This document shows, in pieces, positions 12,327-24,656 of a stretch of DNA of 64,000 nucleotides. The notes below the pieces were generated by a model, which did not search any database, was not told where the DNA came from, and saw nothing but the letters and a program-made list of their open reading frames with translations. Made by a program: the position numbers and the translations under genes. How positions within the stretch are numbered: position 1 is the stretch's first letter; every line of letters begins with the position of its first letter. Source of the DNA: Eledone cirrhosa (taxonomy: Eukaryota); assembly GCA_964016885.1 (NCBI GenBank), contig OZ024745.1, positions 16,120,001 to 16,184,000 on the forward strand, read 5' to 3'.

Positions 12327-13594
12327 AACTAGCAGAAAAAGCACCCTTCGGGTGGTTTTCTGCTAGTATGTGTAGTGTGGATATTCATATTATACGCAAC
12401 TATGTATGCATGTAGATTATGATACATCAAATAAAATCGTAATTGACAATATACACAGAAATTGAAAGAAGACTGCCTTACATCCTCTTATGTAATCAGT
12501 AATGTAATCCATGATACATTAAAAAAGACGATATTATATATAAACTGCATTAGGAGAAAATTAGTGACGGAAATATATGAATGTTTATTTAAGCGATCGC
12601 TAACCGGAAGTGTTGACATTTGAAAATGTTAAAGAAGTGAATCTTTAAATAAAAAATAAAATATATTTAATCAACAGCTACAAAATTTAGTAGATAAATT
12701 ATGTAATATTCATTCATTATTTATTCAAAGTAATCCAACTTATTTTACTAATGGGATAAAAAACTATAAACCGTACGCAGTCCCGCACTCCTTACTTTAT
12801 TATAGCTTAGATAATGTGAAGTGTAAGGTATAGAAGTTTTTAAAAATAAACAAAGTTTCAGCCCCAGAGGAAAGTAGACAATAGTTATATCGCAGATTTT
12901 ATTTCTCCCTGGTGAGAAAACGATGGTATCAGTTTACCTAGTTTTACTTATTAAAAACATTTCCCCCAAAGCAGAAAAAATACCTATCTTTTACCACAGC
13001 AGGATTAGTAGCTTATCACTAGTTATAGAGTATAACAACTCGGGACTTAGCTAAACTGGTTTGATGAATTTTCACAGCAGTTCATGCGCTGAAAACGTGG
13101 ATGAATTAATTCACAATGCAAATATATCTAAACTGTAATAAAGTAAGGAGTGCGGGACTGCGTACGGTTTATTTCTTTTAATCCAGTTAGTAAAATAAGT
13201 CGGATTACTTTGAATGAATAATGAATGAATATTACATAATTTATCTACTAAATTTCGTGACTCTTGATAAAATATATTTTATTTCTTATTTAAAGATTCA
13301 CTTCTTTAAAATTTTCAAATGTCAACACTTCTGGTTAGAGATCGCTTAAATAAACATTCATATATTTGCGTCACTAATTTTCTCCTAATGCAGTTTATAT
13401 ATAATATCGTCTGTTTTAATGTATCATGGATTACGTTACTGATTACATAAGAGAGTGTAACGCAGTCTTCGTTCAATTTCTGTGTATAATGTCAATTACG
13501 ATTTTATTTGATCATATATACTTGCGTATAATATCAATATGCACACTACACATGCTAGCAGAAAACCACCCTTCGGGTGGTTTTTCTGTTAGTT
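12327..13594. mobile_element. Foldback-like non-coding element with ~480-bp terminal inverted repeats
   Basis: 12327-12813 is the reverse complement of 13125-13594 with scattered mismatches; ~310-bp spacer; each end carries a ~37-bp hairpin; no clear TSD. Confidence 0.8.
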
Positions 13595-13752
13595 TGTATG
13601 ATGTATTATGTAAAGTACAGTTTTCTTGAATAAACATACAATTGAAAACTTACTGTGAAAATTAAACTAAGCTGTTCTACAACAGGCATTATCTCGTTTT
13701 CTCTGCCCACGTCAACATCAAATCTATGGTGCCACTATTCTCTTTACTTATA

Positions 13753-13819
<67 letters not shown>

Positions 13820-14256
13820 GTTGTTATTGTTGCATTTTCATATGTTTATAACAATTTCACGCGAGATTCTATTGCACCACTAATTGCACTCGTTATGAAA
13901 ACACGCTTTAAGGCGATCTCGAAGAGTTTTGGGAAACCAATAAAACCAGTGATAACATGTTAGATAAACAAACAGAGATAAGAGAAATTTCACTTGAGAA
14001 CGCATTGACAGATACTTAGGAAATAACGAACGAAATTACTAACACATGCTTAACAGTAAAGGGTAGTATGTAATCATAAATACTTAAAACTGAGGTACAT
14101 GCCAAAGCGAAATGGTAGTAGGTGTCAACAAGGTACAGTTTCAATATTCTTAGCTGAAATTAATGGAATTAGCAGGACTTAAGATGAAACAATGAGAATA
14201 GTGATAATATTTCGAGTGCAGTATATATATAGCGACACAGAAATATATTTAGCACA

Positions 14257-14481
14257 GACACAGGTAACCAACTATAATTAGGACACAGGTAGCCAACTCT
14301 AATTAGGACACAAGTAACCAACTATAATTAGGACATAGGTAGCCAACTATAATTAGGACACAGGTAACCAACTATAATTAGGACACAGGTAACCAACTAT
14401 AATTAGGACACAGGTAACCAACTATAATTAGGACACAGTAACCAACTATAATTAGAACACAGGTAACCAAGTATAATTAGA
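14257..14481. repeat. 25-bp minisatellite GGACACAGGTAACCAACTATAATTA, ~9 copies
   Basis: Directly visible tandem array without spacers. Confidence 0.95.
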
Positions 14482-14599
14482 AAACAGTTTTAGAATATCA
14501 ACTGAAGAACTTCGAAAATATCTGGAAAATAGATCAGTTCATATAACTATTAATATAAATTATACCAACCCTATCTGGTAGCAAATGTAGTTCCTCATT

Positions 14600-14800
14600 G
14601 ATCCATTCAAAACAGAACGAATAGAATGGACCTCCGTAGGTTTTGACGATGAGTGTTCCAGTTGTTCAATTTAACGGAGAAGCCAGCTCGGGAAATTGAC
14701 CTTCAGGGGCTGAGCATTCGACGGACATGTGTACCAGTAATGTAATTGTTTAGAATATTCAGCATGACAGTGTATAAGACTCATCCTTTGAATTACAGTA
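14600..14800 (-). mobile_element. 3' portion of the CORE-like SINE family seen at 10850
   Basis: Reverse-complement similarity to 11130-11260 (GACGATGAGTGTTCCAGTTG..CAAT..AACGG...AGCC.GCTCG.GAAATT.AC). Confidence 0.55.
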
Positions 14801-14894
14801 AGAGTCTACCCCAAGGGCTTCCAGATAATTTCCGTTCCCCTAATGTCACTCAAAACGCCCAGGTCAAACTGAATTTATGGTAAATGACACTTGC

Positions 14895-15440
14895 ACATGA
14901 TATCACACAAATCTTGTGGTTCCACAAGATATCACACAGATATTATTATTGCATAAAATACCACATATATATTACTATTCCACAAGATATCACACAGATA
15001 TTATTATTGCATAAAATACCACATATATATTACTATTCCACAAGATATCACACGGATATTATTATTGCATAAGATACCACATATATATTACTATTCCACA
15101 AGATATCACACGGATATTATTATTGCATAAGATACCACATATATATTACTATTCCACAAGATATCACACAGATATTATTATTGCATAAAATATCACATAT
15201 ATATTACTATTCCACAAGATATACCACGTATATTAATATTGCATAAGATACCAGATATATATTACTATTCCACAAGATATCACACAGATATTATTATTGC
15301 ATAAAATACCAGATATATATTACTATTCCACAAGATATCACACAGATATTATTATTGCATAAAATACCAGATATATATTACTATTCCACAAGATATACCA
15401 CGTATATACCACGTATCACACAGATATTATTATTGCGAAG
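14895..15440. repeat. 58-bp minisatellite built from two related 29-bp subunits, ~9 copies
   Basis: CCACAAGATATCACACAGATATTATTATT + GCATAAAATACCACATATATATTACTATT; period 58 (14922 to 14980). Confidence 0.95.
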
Positions 15441-15777
15441 ATATTGCGGAGAATTTGTTAACCTTTCACCTATGATAGGCCCAATTCTAAACAAATAAGG
15501 ATGTGATTAAAAGTCTCCCTTCCCACATGTCACCCCCAGCACGTATACAACAAACGTTAATAACCAATTCTTCTAAACTGTCAACATGTAAGTGCAGCAG
15601 TATATTTTATAAAAAAGACTTCCAACATTGTCTACATTATCCAATATATCTTTTATAAAGATGATAGATTATATTTGAGGCAGATTCATCTGCTATTTCT
15701 AGCAGGCCGAGCGACCATATAGAGGTCTTCTCCCGTTGGTTCGTTATTGTAAGTCTAACTTATTGTTGGATCAAGCT

Positions 15778-15857
<80 letters not shown>

Positions 15858-16227
15858 GCACGCACACACACACACAGACACAGACACACACACACACACA
15901 CCTGATACATCGATAACCAGAATGACCCCATGAAAAGGATAAAGGAATGTGGTATTCCAGTTTCAGGGACCGTTACCCTTCAATCAATGGCAGTAAATTG
16001 AAAGAATCTGTTTCTCTGAGAGTATCATCAAACATTCACTGTAATTATATATGTTGACAGAATGGAGAAAACAGATTAATATTGGTTTATGATCCGTAAA
16101 TACAGATAATGTTCCTAGAGGAATCATAGCAACTTTGAGAGGAACGATTGAAACATATATTTAATATTGTAATTATAAAGACTCACACACACACACACAC
16201 ACACACACATAGACATACATACATACA

Positions 16228-16264
<37 letters not shown>

Positions 16265-16502
16265 ACGCACACATAGACAGACAGGCAGACAGACAAACGC
16301 ACACAGCTACATGTATATACACATACAACTTCCGGCAAATTGCCGTACCACTTGTTCATATATGATCTCATCGAGAAATATCAATACAATGTTTATATAT
16401 GTGTGTATGTATGAATACATACATATATATACGTACACGTACTATACACGTACATGTACCTGTGTTTATATGCGCATGTCTCTCTCTCTCCCTCTCACTC
16501 TT

Positions 16503-16557
<55 letters not shown>

Positions 16558-16582
16558 GTATATAAATATATATATATATATG

Positions 16583-16647
<65 letters not shown>

Positions 16648-16649
16648 AA

Positions 16650-17280
<631 letters not shown>

Positions 17281-17398
17281 CAAAAGGGATATTTAATTTG
17301 TTGGCAATTCAACAAATATATATGGTTATAACTATCCAGGAAAAACTTGAAACACTAAGATCTTCCTGGATATGTCAATATTTATAAAACAAACTTTG

Positions 17399-17459
17399 TA
17401 TTTTATCTGATGAGAACGTACCAAAGTTTTGGTACTCTTGAAATATATATAACAGAATA
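17399..17459 (+). ncRNA. Minimal type-I hammerhead motif in a ~225-bp module (17279-17503) between (TA)n tracts
   Basis: TATTTTAT CTGATGA ..GTACCAA AGTT TTGGTAC.. GAA ATATATAT A ACAGAATA; 7 of 8 positions pair in stem I. Confidence 0.75.
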
Positions 17460-17670
17460 AATATGGTTTTATATATATAGTTTCCATTTATTTAATATCA
17501 TTGATATATATATATATATATATATTGTTATACTTTGGGAGGGTCATGTTGCCAATAAGAAACACACGCACCAGTTGCTTTCACTTCAATTTATTATAAT
17601 AAATTTATAAATTTAGGAATTTATAAATTTCCGGTTGGTTCCACAACCAGATGATTGTTTATATATTGTC

Positions 17671-18165
17671 AAATTTAGAAGGGCCCTAGATAAACATAAA
17701 CTCAATATTAAGATAGTAGAAAGACCAGGTACCTCCATAAAAACACTTATTAGCAATACATACCCTTTTCAAAGACCTCCCTGTATAGATAAGAAATGTA
17801 TAATCTGTAAATTAAGCCCCCATATTAACTGTAAAACTAGAAATGTAGTATATAACATAAGATGCACTGAAGGACAATGTAGAGATAAGAATATAGTGTA
17901 CATAGGTGAGACAGATCGTAGTGTAGGGGAACGGATAAATGAACACTGGCGAGACCTTGAAGATAGTAAAGAATCATCTGTACTCTACCAACATGCTAAA
18001 ATAGAACATAAGGGTAAATTAGAAAACATAGAAATAAAAATAGAATCTACACACAGAAAAGACGCAATGTTTAGACAAATCACAGAGGCAATAAACATAA
18101 ATGAACTCCAACCAAAATTAAATAGAAAACATGAGTGGAACAGCAACATCACAACTTACAATTAA
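17671..18165 (+). pseudogene. PLE GIY-YIG endonuclease domain with Cys-rich linker (N-terminally truncated)
   Basis: CIDKKCIIC...CKTRNVVYNIRC...C...VYIGETDRSVGERINEH...H...RQITEAINI..LQPKLN; the listed ORF start at 17635 lies in the inverted arm and is fortuitous. Confidence 0.9.
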
Positions 18166-18362
18166 GGACAAAATGAAAACACACACACATAGAACAAACA
18201 ACCAACCAGTAAAATGTAAATAAACAAATAAATAAACAAATATAAACACACACAGACACCCGGATGTAACACATGCACAAACTAAGCACACAACACATAC
18301 AAAAACAAGATGGCTACGGACAGAACAAAGGAGAGGCACAAAAACAAAGAAAAGAAGTCCCA

Positions 18363-18405
18363 GTCACTGAAGAGGTCACATAATGAGTGACGAAAGAACT
18401 TTGAC
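18363..18405 (+). ncRNA. Minimal type-I hammerhead motif in the 3' pLTR
   Basis: GTCA CTGAAGA G GTCAC ATAATGA GTGAC GAA AGAACT T TGAC; predicted cleavage between 18401 and 18402. Confidence 0.8.
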
Positions 18406-18629
18406 AATATATAAACAACCATCTGGTTGTGGAATCAACCAACCAACCGGAAATTTATAAATTCCTAAATTGATAAATTTATTATAATAAATTGAAGTGA
18501 AGGCAACTGGTGCGTGTGTTTCTTATTGGCAACATGACCCTCCCAAAGTATAACAATATCGGTTTCAACACACGTTTTCAGATAAAGATTCTTGCTAAAC
18601 AAATTCAGAAACGATATATATATATATAC

Positions 18630-18681
<52 letters not shown>

Positions 18682-18817
18682 AGTGTAATTTTCTACACAA
18701 AACGAAGGTTATAGAGAAAATTGAGGTTGGTAATGGCACATGGAATATATAAGAGACAGAATACTTTTTTGTGAAAAAACATAATTTTATAAGGTAAGGA
18801 AATAATAAAGGGTATAA

Positions 18818-18865
18818 AAAATGACCGGTTTCGATGGGTCTGCAAAAGCGATCTTTTCAAATGTT
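18818..18865 (-). ncRNA. Hammerhead motif, U3-A8 core variant (3' pLTR copy)
   Basis: AACAT TTGAAAA GATCG...CCATC GAA ACCGGT C ATTTT. Confidence 0.7.
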
Positions 18866-19135
18866 GATTAATATTAAGAAAAATTAATAATACGAAGAGT
18901 TAAAATTTGAGACTTGAAAATTCAAGTATAAAATTCATTGTGGGATTTCATAGCAGTTTTCATCTAGGTAGCAACAACAGGTTGACTGCTGTGTCCCTTT
19001 CTGGTAGTGAATGAGAAGTTATTTGGGGTGTGGGTTATTTTATAAAGGTCAGATTTAGCAATCGCCAGCTGCTGGTCAGTGAGGGGGTGGAAGCAATATA
19101 CACACACATATCTTCCTGTGATGGGTAGGAGAGTG

Positions 19136-19166
<31 letters not shown>

Positions 19167-19336
19167 CCCCACACATACATACACACACACATATATATAT
19201 ACATACACACATACAAACATCCACACACACACACACACACATATATATACACACATACACACACATATATATATACACACACACACACACACGCATATAT
19301 ATATATATATACACATACGCATACATCCAGATACCC

Positions 19337-19377
<41 letters not shown>

Positions 19378-19778
19378 CAATACATACATCCACATGCACA
19401 CACATACTCACACACACACACACACACATACATACACCCACACACAGAGAAATGGCCCTCAAATATATATATATATATATACATACAGACATATATTTTT
19501 TCCATAATATAAGAAGTTGGGGCAGTGAAATTAAAATACAAGTCATTCTGATCACATTGAGTTCTTCATGTAGATTGGGCCCCGCAACCGACAGTGGTGA
19601 ATTCTGTGTGCGCATATATATATAGATATATGTGTGTGCACGTGCAGGGTTTAACATGGATGTGTTGGTCACACAAAGGCATGGTCTGTCAATGAATAAA
19701 CCTGATTCTACAGAATTGGTCTCTGGTCTTTAATAGTAGTGATTCCGTGCGTATGTGTGTTTATATTTTATGACAATT

Positions 19779-20497
19779 CTATTGGGGTGATAACCCGTTT
19801 AGTTTTGGTTTAAATTTGTTAAGGAATAGATTTTCTTTGTTTATTCTTTGTTGTTGTGTGAACGAATCTGAGCACTTGTAGAAGGGGAAGATTTTAAAGT
19901 TGGGTAGTGTCATTCCTGCGCAGTTCGCAATATGGCTGCTCAAGGGGATTTTTCTTGTGTTAGCGTCCCGGATTTGTTGGCGGTGGATGGTCATTCTTTT
20001 GCGTAATGAGGTGCCCGTCTGTCCTATGTAGTTGTGTTTGCACCCACCGCAAGTTATTGCGTAAATCAAGTTCTCCGAGTTGCAGGTGAAATTGTTTTTT
20101 ACTGTAAATGTTTGGCCATCTTTGAATGTAAATGTTTGTCCTTCAGTGAGGTAGAGGCACGTTCCACAGTTTGTTCTACCACATTTGGTAACTGTAGGGT
20201 TGAGGATTGGTTTGGGTATATTTGGTCCAGTGAGAATGCGTTTAAGTGATTTGGGTTGTCTTTTACTTTTAAGGATCTTGTGTGTTTCAAGAATAGACTT
20301 CATTTTTACATCTTTAAGTAGGATGGGGAGGTTTTTGTGTAGGTGATCAAACATTTCGGTATTTCTGGGGTTGAAAGTGGATACATATGGCAGGGTGTTG
20401 AGTGTGGTTTTCTGTTTTGGATTGTTAAGTTGATGGGGATTTAGGTGTTTTGCCCTGTCTATTCCATTGTTGATTATTTCAAGTGGAAAGGCTCTTA
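19779..20497 (-). pseudogene. PLE linker + GIY-YIG endonuclease, uninterrupted frame, N-terminally truncated
   Basis: Frame extends upstream of the listed Met (RAFPLEIINNGIDRAK...LPYVSTFNP); KRQPKSLK, CGRTNCGTC, FTCNSENLIYAITCGGCKHNYIGQT..LRKRMTIH, E...PKLN. Confidence 0.9.
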
Positions 20498-20779
20498 TAT
20501 ATATATATACACTCTCCTACCCATCACAGGAAGATATGTGTGTGTATATTGCTTCCACCCCCTCACTGACCAGCAGCTGGCGATTGCTAAATCTGACCTT
20601 TATAAAATAACCCACACCCCAAATAACTTCTCATTCACTACCAGAAAGGGACACAGCAGTCAACCTGTTGTTGCTACCTAGATGAAAACTGCTATGAAAT
20701 CCCACAATGAATTTTATACTTGAATTTTCAAGTCTCAAATTTTAACTCTTCGTATTATTAATTTTTCTTAATATTAATC

Positions 20780-20827
20780 AACATTTGAAAAGATGGCTTT
20801 TGCAGACCCATCGAAACCGGTCATTTT
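20780..20827 (+). ncRNA. Hammerhead motif, U3-A8 core variant (inverted pLTR copy)
   Basis: AACAT TTGAAAA GATGG CTTTTGCAGAC CCATC GAA ACCGGT C ATTTT; 5-bp stem II, palindromic stem III, GUC cleavage triplet. Confidence 0.75.
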
Positions 20828-21087
20828 TTATACCCTTTATTATTTCCTTACCTTATAAAATTATGTTTTTTCACAAAAAAGTATTCTGTCTCTTATATAT
20901 TCCATGTGCCATTACCAACCTCAATTTTCTCTCTCTCTCTATATATATATATATATAAATATGTCTATATATATATATATATATATACATACGTGTGTGT
21001 GTACACCTGGAAAGGAAATTCCATGTGAACGTGTCAAAAAGTTGAAATGAAAAGGGGGACGAATGTATAAAGTTGTATGAATAAACC

Positions 21088-22830
21088 TAATGGTGGTGGT
21101 GGTGGTGATGTGATGGTAGTTGTGGTGGTGGTGATGATGTGATGGTAGTGATGGTGGTGATGATGATGTGATGGTAGTGGTGGTGGTGGTGGTAGTGTGA
21201 TGGTAGTGGTGGTGGTGTTGATGATGTGATGGTAGTGGTGGTGTTGGTGTTGATGTGATGGTAGTGGTGGTGGTGGTGGTGGTAGTGGTGGTGGTGTTGA
21301 TGTGATGGTAGTGGCGGTGGTGGTGCTAGTGTAATGGTAGGGTTGGTGGTAGTAGTGTAATGGTGATGGTGATGATAGTGCAATTATAGTGTTCGTGGTA
21401 GTGCTGTTGATGGGAGTGTAATTGTAAGGATGGTGGCGTTAGTGGTGAGGATGGTGGCGTTGGTGGTGAGGATGGTGGCGTTGGTGGTGAGGATGGTGGC
21501 GTTGGTGGTGAGGATGGTGGCGGTGGTGGTGAGGATGGTGGCGTTGGTGGCATTAATGGTGAAAAAAACAGTATCAGATTATTACGTCACCTTGAAAAGA
21601 AGAAACAGTGAAACATCGTTGAAACCAACACCAACACCAACACCACCACCACCACCAACACCAACACTACCACCACCAACAACACCACCACCAACACCAC
21701 CACCAACAACAACACCACCACCAACACCAACACCAAAACTACCACCACCAACAACAACACCACCACCAACACCACCACCAACACCAATACCACCACCAAC
21801 AACAACACCACCACCAACACCAACACCAACACCACCACCACCAACACCACCACCAACACTAACACCTCAAACAACACCACCACCAACACCAACACCAACA
21901 CCACCACCAACACCAACACCACAAACAACACCACCACCAACACCAACACCACCAAAAACAACAACAACACCACCACCAACACCACCACCAACACCACCAC
22001 CAACACCAACACCAACACCACAAACAACACCACCACCAACACCACCACCAACACCAACACCACCACCAACACCAACACCAACACCACCACCAACACCAAC
22101 ACCACCACCAACACCACCACCAACACCAACACTAACACCTCAAACAACACCACCACCAACACCAACACCACCAAAAACAACAACAACAACACCACCACCA
22201 ACACCACCACCAACACCACCACCACCAACACCACCACCAACACCAACACCACCAAAAACAACAACAGCAACACCACCACCAACACCAACATTAACACCAC
22301 AAACAACACCAACACCACCACCAACACCAACACCAACACCAACACCACCACCAACACCAACACCAACACCACCACCAACAACAACACTAACACCACAAAC
22401 AACACCACCGCCAACACCAACACCACCCAAAACAACAACAACACCACCACCAACACCACCACCAACACCAACACTAACACCACAAACAACACCACCACCA
22501 ACACCACCACAAACACCACCACCAACACCACCACCACCACCACCACCACCACCACCACCAACACCACCACCAACACCAACACCACAAACAACACCACCAC
22601 CAACACCACCACAAACACCACCACCAACACCACCACCACCACCACCACCACCACCACCACCAACACCACCACCAACACCAACACCACAAACAACACCACC
22701 ACCAACACCACCACCAACACCACCACCAACACCGCCACCAACACCACCACCAACACCACCACCACCAACACCACCACCACCAACACCACCACCAACACCA
22801 CCACCAACAACAAAAACAACAGCAATAACA
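21088..22830. repeat. Divergent trinucleotide-based low-complexity block: (GGT/GAT)n to ~21560, then (CCA/ACA)n from ~21620
   Basis: Directly visible, with internal sub-repeats such as the 21-bp GGATGGTGGCGTTGGTGGTGA. Confidence 0.9.
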
Positions 22831-23110
22831 ACAGTAAGAACAACATCAGCCGTGACAGAAACACAAACAACAACATGTGAAACACCAATACAATGACATA
22901 AACAACGACATTAATAACAACAACAACACCAGGCCGGCAATTTGGGGGCAGGGGAAAGTTGATTAAATCAAAACCAGTGCATTACTGGTACTTTATTTTA
23001 TCAACCTCGGAAGGATGAAAGACAAAGCTAACCTAAACAATAAAAACAGCAACAACGCCAACCAAATAAACAACAACAGCAGCACCACTTACAATGACAA
23101 AAACAACGCC

Positions 23111-23214
<104 letters not shown>

Positions 23215-23580
23215 CCACATGTAGAAAAGCTAGGTTTAACGTGCAATAAACGTAACAGAGTTGTTCCCAAGAGGAAAAGAAAGACAATTGACCATTGTTT
23301 TCAATCAATATTTTTTCATCAATAAGATTATAACATATAATGTTTGTTGATAAATTTATAAGCTATAAATTTGGTCGTTCCATTTAGGTTTTGTCATGCA
23401 AAACTATTATATTAGTCCACTTATTACTTTATATGCTCTGATTGCTTCCATTACTGTCTAATTTTTTTTATTGCTTCCATATAACGTGTTTTGCCTCAAT
23501 AAAAAATTGGTTTTGGATATTGAATTAAATTATTTTATCAATAATAGATAGAAATTTCCATTTGCCTCTCCGTACAACAA

Positions 23581-23687
<107 letters not shown>

Positions 23688-24656
23688 TGTGTGTGTGTGT
23701 GTTTGTGTGTTTGTCTGTTTGTGTGTGTAGATATATACATATGTATATATATATATATATATATGTAGATATGTATAAATGCGTAAACACATACATATAT
23801 ATATGTTTGTAGATATGTATAAATATGTAGATATTTATATACATATACACACAGGTATGTATCTATATTATATACACACACATACATATAAATAGTTTAG
23901 GCAATTTCAATTTTGAGCTACCACCCAGTTGTTAAGATTAACAATAAAAAGAATATTAATTTTATTTGATATTGTTTGTATCTGTGGAAACAGTTAAACA
24001 CATATTGAGAGCCAAACTTTGTTAAGTAAAAAGACAGTAAATTTACTCAATGATTATGTTAGCGATTGAACCAATATCGTAAAGATTTCTATGTAAATCT
24101 TCCAAATTTTTTCATAGTTATAAAACAACTTATTCTATTTGTTTCCCCACCCCACATTACTGATTCGTATTCTACGTCTATTAATAAGGCAATCTATTAT
24201 ATTTATATTGCTATGTCTTCTCCAGACTGTTCCGAATTTTTTCTTGTCCATGCTTCATTAATTATATTTTTAATATAACCTACTGTTAGTATTTTACATT
24301 GGCAAGGACAAACTTTCAAGTGCATTCCAATGTAACTTTTCATGATAACAGTCTATTGTTATTGACATGACGCTTGTTAAAGTACGGAAGCTTTAAGATA
24401 CCAGATGTACTTCTCTTTCTTCTTGTTTTTCTTGTGCTTCTTGTTCTTCTTGTTCTTGTTGTTATTGTAATTGTTGTCGTTGTTGTGGGAGGATCGGTGT
24501 TGTATGGGGGTAGGGTGGGGTGTCAGAGACCTCAAATACTGATTGAAGAGAGATGGATTAAAACATCTGATATATGGCTTCTCTCAGAAGATAGGAGATG
24601 AGAAAACATTTGAAACATTCCGTATTTGCACAACATCAATAAAGGTTCAGTATGCA

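Larger units (their letters stand above)
17522..18613 (+). mobile_element. 5'-truncated Penelope-like element with inverted partial pLTR and 3' tail, in (TA)n
   Basis: Arms 17522-17673 and 18400-18559 are inverted; tail 18560-18613; GIY-YIG ORF and HHR inside. Confidence 0.9.
18678..20931 (-). mobile_element. 5'-truncated Neptune-like PLE with ~430-bp inverted pLTRs and 35-bp tail, in (TA)n
   Basis: 18713-19145 and 20498-20931 are near-identical inverted repeats; tail 18678-18712; GIY-YIG ORF between. Confidence 0.9.

Noticed and set aside
21430-22896. 488-aa Pro/Thr-rich extensin/mucin-like ORF and its antisense Val/Leu ORF
   Set aside because: CCA/ACA repeats cannot generate stops and both strands are open; no globular domain or clear splice context.
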